Program-made: the position numbers and the translations under genes
Virus record (IMG/VR): IMGVR_UViG_3300012940_000081
Location: 1 to 30,215 of that record
From: a virus
Lineage: Duplodnaviria > Caudoviricetes
Direction: 5' to 3' (one strand)
Length of the DNA stretch: 30,215 nt
The notes under the pieces: generated by a model
The model's input: only the letters and a program-made list of their open reading frames with translations
Database searches by the model: none
Told to the model about the DNA's origin: nothing
Part shown: in pieces, positions 24,462-30,215 of the stretch
How the letters are laid out: each line of letters starts with the position of its first letter
Position numbering within the stretch: the stretch's first letter is position 1

Positions 24462-27461
24462 ATGGCGATCACGTATGAGGCGGCTGGGTCGACGGTCTTC
24501 AACGTCTCTGCGGTGACGACGTTCTCGTTCACCCCGGATGCGGGCACGCTTGCGGGTGACGTGTTCCAGGTGCTTGTGTACACGCACGAGCAGGACAACG
24601 CGAACATCGTCACCGTCCCCACGGGGACCGTTGCCACGCCGGCGCAGTCGGTGCCGATGTTCGACAGCACGAACCGGCGTGCGACGGTGTTCTACTGGGT
24701 GGCGCCGTCGGACGCGCCCGGCCCGGTGTCGTTCTCGGTGCTGTCGACGCGGGGCGCGGTGAACTGGCTGCGGTTCCGTGGGGTGGACACGTCCAGCCCG
24801 GTCGACGACTTCGAGACCGCTGTCGACGGTGGGAACACGTCGATCACGGTTCCCGCGTTGACGACGACGGGCGCGAACCGGTTCGTGTCGGGCGGGTTCT
24901 GCACGTCCGGTGGCGGGTCGATCTCCGCGATGAACGTGCCCGGTGGGTGGACGGAGCGGGTGGAGACGACGGGTCGTCTCACGCTGCAGGCCACGAAGGG
25001 CATCCAGGCGTCGGCGGGGTCGTCGGGGACGGTCACGTTCACCATCACGGGCACGTCCGCGCCGCTGTTCGCGTTCCAGGCTGCGTTGAAGGAAGCGCCC
25101 CCGCCCGCCGACCCGGAGCTGGTGTACGCGGTGGTCGGTGCCCCTACGGCGTCGGGGTTCACGGTGCGGACGAAGACAACCGACGCGGAGTCCGTGCGGG
25201 TGAAGGTGGGCACGAACACCGCCGTCACCACAGGGGTCACGTACGGGTCCGCGGGCACCCCCGATTCGGCTGGGTGGGCGGAGTCCGTCGTCACCGGCCT
25301 CGACCCGACCACCCAGTACTACTTCATGGTCGAGATGACCGACGACGCGGACGACACCCACCTCAGCGACCTCGCCGGGTCCGCGCGCACCCTCCCCACA
25401 CCGGGGACGGCGGCGGGGCACACGCTCGCGTTCGGGTCGTGTGCGAAACGGCAGGCGGCGGGAGACCTCACCGGGGTCGCCGCGTACCAGCGCATCGCCG
25501 ACGTGGACGCCGACCTGTTCTTCCACCTCGGCGACTTCGGATACCCGGACAACTCGTCAACGTCGCAGGCGTCCCACCGTGCCGACATGGAGGGGGAACT
25601 CGCGTACTACTCGGGGCTGCGTGACCTGCTCGCGAACACCCCGACCGTCTATGTGAAGTCCGACCACGACTCGGGCGGCGGGAACGACGCACTGGCCGGC
25701 GTGTGGACTGCCCCGAACCGTGCGGCGACGTTGCAGATCTTCCCGTACAACAACCGCCCGAACAGCGACGGCCTCTACCACTCGTTCGTGGTCGGCCGCA
25801 TCCGGTACATCTTCCTCGACACCCGCTACTTCGCGGACGACTCCCCGGCCACGAAACTCGGCTCCACACAGAAGGCGTGGCTGTACTCCGAGCTGCAAGA
25901 GGCGGAGCCGGTGAAGATCCTCGTCACCGACGGGACGTGGAACGACAACCTCACGCCCACACCCGGTTCGGACAAGTGGAACAGCCTCGCCCCCGACGAG
26001 CGGGAAGAGATCGGCGAGTTCATCGAGACCGACGCCGTGGGGAAGGTCGTCCTCATCCACGGTGATATGCACTCGCTCGCCGCTGACGACGGAACCCACA
26101 ACCTGTGGGGCGGGTTCCCCACGTTCTGCGCCGCCCCGTTCTGGAACACCACGTCCCACAAGACGGAGAACGGGCCCGACGACTGGTCGGAGGGGCAGTG
26201 GCCCCTGACACCCGGCGACCCGGCGTCACAGTTCGCGGTCCTCGAGGTCACGGACGACGGCACCGAGATCACCCTGAACTTCACCGGGTACGACACCAAC
26301 GACGTCGCACGGGTGACGCTCGAGGTTGTCGTCCCGGCCGTGACGGAGATCACCGGCACGCTCGAAGCCGACCTGCCGGCCGTGGCCATCGGTGTCCCGA
26401 CCGTCACATGGTCGGGAACGTTCACCCCACCCGTCTACGCGGGCAGCCTCACCGCGTCGCTCCCGACCGTGGACGTCGACGTTCCCACGGTCACCTGGTC
26501 GGGTACATTCACGGCACCCATCTACGCCGGCGATCTCGAAGCGACCCTCCCGACGGTGAGCATCGACGCACCCACGGTGGAATGGTCGGGAACGTTCACC
26601 CCGCCGACGTACACGGGCACGCTCGAGGCGGACCTGCCGACGGTGACTGTCGCGGCGCCGACGGTGTCGTGGTCGGGCAGCTTCACCCCGCCCGGTTCCA
26701 TCGGCGGCACGCTCGAAGCAGACCTGCCCGCGGTGACGATCGGTGCGCCGACCGTCGAGTGGGAGGGGTCGTTCACTGCACCTGTGTACTCGGGCACGCT
26801 GGACGCCGACCTCCCGGCCGTGACCGTCGGGGTTCCGACGGTGGCATGGTCGGGCACGTTCACGTCCCCGCAGGGTGGGGTGCTCGTCGCGGACCTCCCG
26901 CCGGTCACGATCGGTGTTCCCACGGTCGCATGGTCCGGGACGTACCTGGACCCGATCATCGGCACGCTCGAGGCCACCCTCCCTGGCGTGACGGTCGGGG
27001 TGCCGACGGTCGCGTGGTCCGGCACGTTCAGTGAAGCGGGCCCGGGTCCGTTCCCCGCGCGTCGCACGCTCGCGCGCGCGTGGTCGTACAGACTGACACC
27101 AGCCACCCCCTACGCGACCGGAGCGCTCATGCTGAACACGGCACTCATGCTGAACACCGACCAGGATCACTTCGACGTCAAGAAGGGCGACACGTACCTC
27201 CCGGTGAAGTCGAACCTCGACACGGTCGAGGGTGCCACGTTCACCGCGCATGTGCGCCCCTACGGTGACGAGGACGCCGACGTCGTCACCTGTGAGGTGA
27301 CGGTGCTCGACGCGGGCAAGAAGATCCTCGGGATCCGCACCAGCGGCCTCGACCTCGGGGAATTCGAGTGGGAGCTCGCCGCCGTGCTCCCCGGTGGCAT
27401 CGACGTCACGATCCCGGAGGAGGGGTGGTACACCCTCACCGTCTGGGAAAGCCTCGGCTGA
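24462..27461 (+). CDS. Multidomain protein: beta-sandwich + FN3-like + PhoD-like metallophosphoesterase + 8 tandem repeats + C-terminal Ig-like domain
   Basis: VTGLDPTTQYYF (FN3), AFGSC, HLGDFGYPD, SDHD, LDTRYF, LGSTQKAWL and HGDMH motifs; no signal peptide visible. Confidence 0.85.
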   Translation: MAITYEAAGSTVFNVSAVTTFSFTPDAGTLAGDVFQVLVYTHEQDNANIVTVPTGTVATPAQSVPMFDSTNRRATVFYWVAPSDAPGPVSFSVLSTRGAVNWLRFRGVDTSSPVDDFETAVDGGNTSITVPALTTTGANRFVSGGFCTSGGGSISAMNVPGGWTERVETTGRLTLQATKGIQASAGSSGTVTFTITGTSAPLFAFQAALKEAPPPADPELVYAVVGAPTASGFTVRTKTTDAESVRVKVGTNTAVTTGVTYGSAGTPDSAGWAESVVTGLDPTTQYYFMVEMTDDADDTHLSDLAGSARTLPTPGTAAGHTLAFGSCAKRQAAGDLTGVAAYQRIADVDADLFFHLGDFGYPDNSSTSQASHRADMEGELAYYSGLRDLLANTPTVYVKSDHDSGGGNDALAGVWTAPNRAATLQIFPYNNRPNSDGLYHSFVVGRIRYIFLDTRYFADDSPATKLGSTQKAWLYSELQEAEPVKILVTDGTWNDNLTPTPGSDKWNSLAPDEREEIGEFIETDAVGKVVLIHGDMHSLAADDGTHNLWGGFPTFCAAPFWNTTSHKTENGPDDWSEGQWPLTPGDPASQFAVLEVTDDGTEITLNFTGYDTNDVARVTLEVVVPAVTEITGTLEADLPAVAIGVPTVTWSGTFTPPVYAGSLTASLPTVDVDVPTVTWSGTFTAPIYAGDLEATLPTVSIDAPTVEWSGTFTPPTYTGTLEADLPTVTVAAPTVSWSGSFTPPGSIGGTLEADLPAVTIGAPTVEWEGSFTAPVYSGTLDADLPAVTVGVPTVAWSGTFTSPQGGVLVADLPPVTIGVPTVAWSGTYLDPIIGTLEATLPGVTVGVPTVAWSGTFSEAGPGPFPARRTLARAWSYRLTPATPYATGALMLNTALMLNTDQDHFDVKKGDTYLPVKSNLDTVEGATFTAHVRPYGDEDADVVTCEVTVLDAGKKILGIRTSGLDLGEFEWELAAVLPGGIDVTIPEEGWYTLTVWESLG
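26349..27038 (+). repeat. Eight in-frame tandem repeats of about 27-30 codons
   Basis: Consensus GTLEADLPxVTxGVPTVxWSGTFTxP, counted eight times in the translation. Confidence 0.92.
27123..27158 (+). repeat. 18-bp tandem duplication (ALMLNT x2)
   Basis: GCGCTCATGCTGAACACG / GCACTCATGCTGAACACC. Confidence 0.85.
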
Positions 27462-27473
27462 CACCAGCCACAG

Positions 27474-27520
27474 ACAGCCCCCGGGCTCTCACCTTCGGGT
27501 GGGGGTCCGGGGGCTGTTTC
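27474..27520. terminator. Terminator between convergent late and lysogeny units
   Basis: About 20-bp stem ACAGCCCCCGG...CACC-TTCG-GGTG...CCGGGGGCTGT followed by TTC. Confidence 0.85.
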
Positions 27521-27526
27521 GTCGTG

Positions 27527-28156
27527 TCAGAACGCGCGCTCGGGACACTCCCGCTGGAACGCGGCATTCTTGTAGGCGCGGATCGCCTCGTCCTGTTCAA
27601 AAGTTCGCTGGTCGCGGTCGGCCGGGTATCCGAGGACCGGGGCGAGAACATCGTTCAGTTCGAGGTTCGTTAGCTCGGCGTCGGCCGCGCAGATACCCGC
27701 GTCCGTGGTCAGGTCGAACTCGACCTCCGGGACGGGCGTGCCGATCTGTTGCGCCACTCCGCCCATCGCGTCCGCGAGACCTTCAACGTGGGAGCCGTTC
27801 ACGATCCAGTCCGGGCCGACGACGATCACGTGCGGGGACGGCGTGATCTCTTGAATCCCCTCAAGGACGCGGATCGCGCCGTCGCGCTGCGCCTCGGACT
27901 CGTAGATGGTGAGGAGTGCGCCGTCCTCGCAGTCGGCCGCTTCCTCGGCGACCCGTGAGCCGGTCCTCGGCCGGAGGGTGTCGCAGTCCCCGCCGGAGGC
28001 GACGTACAGATCGCGGAGTTCGGTGAGCGTTGTCCCGGTCGATTCCTCCACCTCCGGGAACGTAACCGTCGGCTTCGGCTCGGCTTCGACGGCGGTTGAG
28101 GCACATCCGGTGAGCGCGAGCAGCACGACAGCTGCGGCGATGATCCGTTTCCCCAT
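27527..28156 (-). CDS. Lipoprotein
   Basis: MGKRIIAAAVVLLALTGC signal peptide with lipobox; GGAAGGA RBS. Confidence 0.8.
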   Translation of the reverse strand: MGKRIIAAAVVLLALTGCASTAVEAEPKPTVTFPEVEESTGTTLTELRDLYVASGGDCDTLRPRTGSRVAEEAADCEDGALLTIYESEAQRDGAIRVLEGIQEITPSPHVIVVGPDWIVNGSHVEGLADAMGGVAQQIGTPVPEVEFDLTTDAGICAADAELTNLELNDVLAPVLGYPADRDQRTFEQDEAIRAYKNAAFQRECPERAF

Positions 28157-28189
28157 GATGGTTCCTTCCCTGGTATCGCACCGTAGCGG

Positions 28190-29062
28190 TCACGCCGCCA
28201 GACGTGAAGTGGCGAGCCGGGCCGCTTCCGACGCCCGCACGAGGTCGGAGCGTGTGACGTGCACGTACCGGGACGTCATCTCCGGCGTCGAATGGCCGAG
28301 CAGCTCCTGCGCGAGCCGGATGTTGTTGCCGGTGCGTTCGTACACGACGGTCCCGGCACGGTGGCGGAGGGCGTGCGGGTTGACGCCGAGCGCGCGGTGG
28401 ATGCGCTGGTACACGCAGTCGCCGGTGATGTGGTGGTCCCCGGCCCGGTTCGGGAACAGCCAGCCCGGCCCCTCGACCGCGCTCACGTGCACGCTGATCA
28501 GCTCGAGTAATTCAGGCGAGAGGTGCACAGCACGCTGGTGGCCGCCCTTCCCGATCACGTACAGCCACTCGCCGTCGATGTCGTCGCGGTGCACTTTCGC
28601 GATCTCGGAACGGCGGAGCCCGCATTCAGCGCCGAGCATGATCATGATCCGGGTGGGCAGGGGTGCTTTCATCGCCCCGTGGAGGATGGTCTCGTCGGAC
28701 GCGATCCGACCCATCTTGCGTGGGACCCTGACCCGCCGCAGCCACTTCGTGGGGTTGTTGGGGATGTGCCCGTACCGTTCCGCCCACCGGTAGAAGTGGC
28801 GGATGGATGCGAGGGCGCAGTTGATGCTGGTGGGTGCCCATCCGTGGGATCGAAGCCATGTCTCCAGCTGCGCTTCCGTCGCTGTGGTTACGTCGAGGTC
28901 GGCGTTGAGCCGGTCGATGTAGTGGTAGCGGATGCGGATCGTAGATGCGGACTCGGTTTCGTTCCGGACGTAGAGTTTGTAGTCGTCGATCATGGCTCCC
29001 CTTCGAGCGTTCCCGATGCTGGGGTGGCCGGGATCGTAGGGGAAGGGGACGACGTTGCTCAT
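28190..29062 (-). CDS. int: Tyrosine integrase/recombinase, short form without an obvious arm-binding domain
   Basis: GLRRSE (R), GKGG (K), HALRH (HxxR), LGHS, TSRY (Y); ATGA overlap with the repressor stop; ends in RLAA. Confidence 0.92.
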   Translation of the reverse strand: MSNVVPFPYDPGHPSIGNARRGAMIDDYKLYVRNETESASTIRIRYHYIDRLNADLDVTTATEAQLETWLRSHGWAPTSINCALASIRHFYRWAERYGHIPNNPTKWLRRVRVPRKMGRIASDETILHGAMKAPLPTRIMIMLGAECGLRRSEIAKVHRDDIDGEWLYVIGKGGHQRAVHLSPELLELISVHVSAVEGPGWLFPNRAGDHHITGDCVYQRIHRALGVNPHALRHRAGTVVYERTGNNIRLAQELLGHSTPEMTSRYVHVTRSDLVRASEAARLATSRLAA

Positions 29063-29400
29063 GCTGTTGCCGCGCGTTGGGAGAGCCACTCCCGGATGTT
29101 CGTTACGTGACCGGAACGAACCCGTTTCACATCGATAACGTGTCGAGGCTCCGGTGACCCTTCACCTGTGAGCAGCCACACCTTGTTGACCTGGGTGCGG
29201 AGCACGATCCGATTGACGACCTCGATGAGGTTGCGCGGTTCCTTGCCGTCTTCCCATCCGCCCCAGAGGTTCTGAGTGATGTTGCATTCGCGCTCGGCTT
29301 CGCGGATGTTCCAGCCCATGCGCCAGCGGATCAGCGCGAGGCGCGCGCCGAACGTTGAAGTGTCCGGGATCCAGTTCGGTGCAAGTCCAGTGTTGTTCAT
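29059..29400 (-). CDS. Immunity repressor (XRE-family HTH)
   Basis: TFGARLALIRWRMGWNIREAERECNITQNLWGGWEDGKEP...WLLTGEG; divergent from the cro-like gene. Confidence 0.88.
   Translation of the reverse strand: MNNTGLAPNWIPDTSTFGARLALIRWRMGWNIREAERECNITQNLWGGWEDGKEPRNLIEVVNRIVLRTQVNKVWLLTGEGSPEPRHVIDVKRVRSGHVTNIREWLSQRAATA
29098..29121. other. Candidate attP / recombinase core site inside the repressor gene
   Basis: GTTCGTTAC-gtgacc-GGAACGAAC: 9-bp inverted arms (1 mismatch) around a 6-bp asymmetric spacer. Confidence 0.4.
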
Positions 29401-29436
29401 GGGCTCAGCATAGGCATAGTCGCGCAAATCGCGCAA
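29401..29436 (-). promoter_or_regulatory. Repressor promoter, leaderless transcript
   Basis: Minus strand TTGCGC-18bp-TATGCT-6bp-ATG, no SD; TTGCGCGA direct repeat x2. Confidence 0.6.
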
Positions 29437-29472
29437 TATCTATCTAAACGTGTAAAACACGCCGCGAAAGAC

Positions 29473-29508
29473 TTGTAATGCACGTTTCGGCGTGCAATGA
29501 TCCTGGGC
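29473..29508 (+). promoter_or_regulatory. Early lytic promoter with overlapping palindromic operator, leaderless
   Basis: TTGTAA-17bp-AATGAT-7bp-ATG; palindrome TGCACG-tttcgg-CGTGCA at 29479-29496. Confidence 0.55.
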
Positions 29509-29703
29509 ATGACACGCCCAGACGTGAATATCACGACAGCAGAACTCGCGGCGCTCATTCCCGTTGACCCATCGACCGTTCGCCGATGGGTGGAGACAGG
29601 GAAGCTCACGCCGGCAGTCATCACTCCGGGCGGCCACTACCGGTTCAACCGCGAGGACGCGCTCCGGCAACTCGCTGCGGATCGTGAGGCGGTGGCGTCA
29701 TGA
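29509..29703 (+). CDS. Cro/excisionase-like winged-HTH protein
   Basis: ITTAELAALIPVDPSTVRRWVETGKL...TPGGHYRF (MerR/Xis-type HTH). Confidence 0.85.
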   Translation: MTRPDVNITTAELAALIPVDPSTVRRWVETGKLTPAVITPGGHYRFNREDALRQLAADREAVAS

Positions 29704-29789
29704 GCGCGCCGGATCCCGTGTCGCGGGAGCGCGTCGAGAAGTAAACCGCGCCCCGTGCGCGGGGCACTAACAGGAGGGGAGCAGGGTCA

Positions 29790-30200
29790 GTGCTCACCAA
29801 GAGGAAGTTCAGCATCGCTGTCGCGGTGGCGGGGGTGTTCGTGCTGGCGGGATGCACCGCCCCGAAGGTCGAAGCCCCGGCACCGAAGGTCCGAGCCCCG
29901 GAGGTCACGGTCGAAACCCCGACCCCTGTCACAACCCCGGAGGTCACGGTCGAAACGCCGGATGCCCGGCAGGTCGGCCTGGACGTGCTGCGGGACCTCG
30001 ACCCGGTGTTCGAGCACGTCCCCGACTCGGCGATCTTCACCGCGTCGGAGGGTATCTGCACGGCGTTCGATGACGGGCTCTCGTTCGAGACGGTCGTGCT
30101 GGTCGCGATGGGTGAGGGGTTGTCGGCGGAGCAGGCGGGGTACCTGGTCGGGTTCGCGGTGAACGTGGACTGCCCGGAGTGGGCGGGGGTGACGGGATGA
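29790..30200 (+). CDS. Lipoprotein with Pro/Thr linker and DUF732-like domain
   Basis: VLAGC lipobox; GICTAFDDG...QAGYLVGFAVNVDCPE; AGGAGG upstream. Confidence 0.7.
   Translation: MLTKRKFSIAVAVAGVFVLAGCTAPKVEAPAPKVRAPEVTVETPTPVTTPEVTVETPDARQVGLDVLRDLDPVFEHVPDSAIFTASEGICTAFDDGLSFETVVLVAMGEGLSAEQAGYLVGFAVNVDCPEWAGVTG
29868..29960 (+). repeat. Short in-frame repeats in the lipoprotein linker
   Basis: APKVxAP x2 and PEVTVETP x2; CCCCGGAGGTCACGGTCGAAAC occurs twice. Confidence 0.75.
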
Positions 30201-30215
30201 GCACGCAGGTGGTTC

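Larger units (their letters stand above)
1..30215. mobile_element. Temperate siphovirus-like phage genome segment (actinobacteriophage-like)
   Basis: Contiguous terminase-portal-protease-capsid-tail-tape measure-lysis-integrase-repressor genes, tight ATGA/TGATG gene overlaps, high GC, no host housekeeping genes. Confidence 0.97.

Noticed and set aside
26349-27038. Regularly spaced repeats as a CRISPR array or DGR template
   Set aside because: The repeats are degenerate at third codon positions and in frame within a CDS; there are no unique spacers, cas genes or reverse transcriptase in the window
24462-27461. PhoD as a phosphate-scavenging auxiliary metabolic gene
   Set aside because: No export signal is visible, it is fused to structural-type domains and it sits in the late operon; not excluded, but less likely than a virion role
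5562-27464. Many long minus-strand ORFs (for example 5562-7202, 9595-11190, 17380-19578, 24000-25526)
   Set aside because: They are antisense shadows of well-supported plus-strand genes, are Arg/Pro-rich with no motifs, and are expected in high-GC DNA
29112-29124. Minus-strand GGGTTCGTTCC resembling a tRNA T-loop
   Set aside because: No T-stem, acceptor stem or anticodon arm can be built around it
29128-29155. CACATCGATAA-cgtgtc resembling the left arm of an actinobacterial dif site
   Set aside because: Only one half-site resembles dif and the TTATGTCAA-type arm is absent; kept only as an alternative crossover position
29700-29744. 14-codon ORF overlapping the cro-like stop, followed by a small hairpin
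   Set aside because: Too short to support as a gene; possibly a deletion remnant

Overview
This window is about 30 kb of a high-GC, temperate, siphovirus-like phage. Gene content and promoter style suggest an actinobacterial host such as Microbacterium or Arthrobacter; that host call is inference. No host genes, tRNAs, rRNAs or CRISPR arrays were seen. From left to right it carries: the end of the early/replication region (HNH nucleases, a replication-initiator-like gene with an internal iteron-like cluster, and small mosaic genes joined by a repeated ACCGAACAGGAG motif); a Zn-finger late-regulator candidate followed by a promoter, a terminator and a strongly structured leader; a packaging HNH and a cos-like site; terS/terL; an HK97-type head module with a glycosyltransferase inserted after the capsid gene; a tail module with a NUMOD4-HNH insertion and a -1 frameshift chaperone; and a lysis module (M15 endolysin, a truncated M23 relic, two membrane genes). 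After lysis there is an extra two-gene module: a small beta-rich protein plus a 999-aa protein with a PhoD-like phosphoesterase and 8 tandem ~28-aa repeats. The window ends with a leftward repressor-integrase-lipoprotein unit facing a rightward cro/xis-like gene. The most notable observations are: (1) the PhoD/repeat module, possibly an enzyme-bearing segmented virion fibre; (2) an integration-dependent-immunity-like switch with ssrA-like C-termini and a candidate recombination core inside the repressor gene that is not tRNA-like; (3) the head-module glycosyltransferase, whose upstream partner gene carries an 18-aa near-copy of a tail-protein segment; (4) a multi-hairpin late leader with mutually exclusive pairing over an RBS. 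All functional calls come from motif reading and synteny, not database searches.
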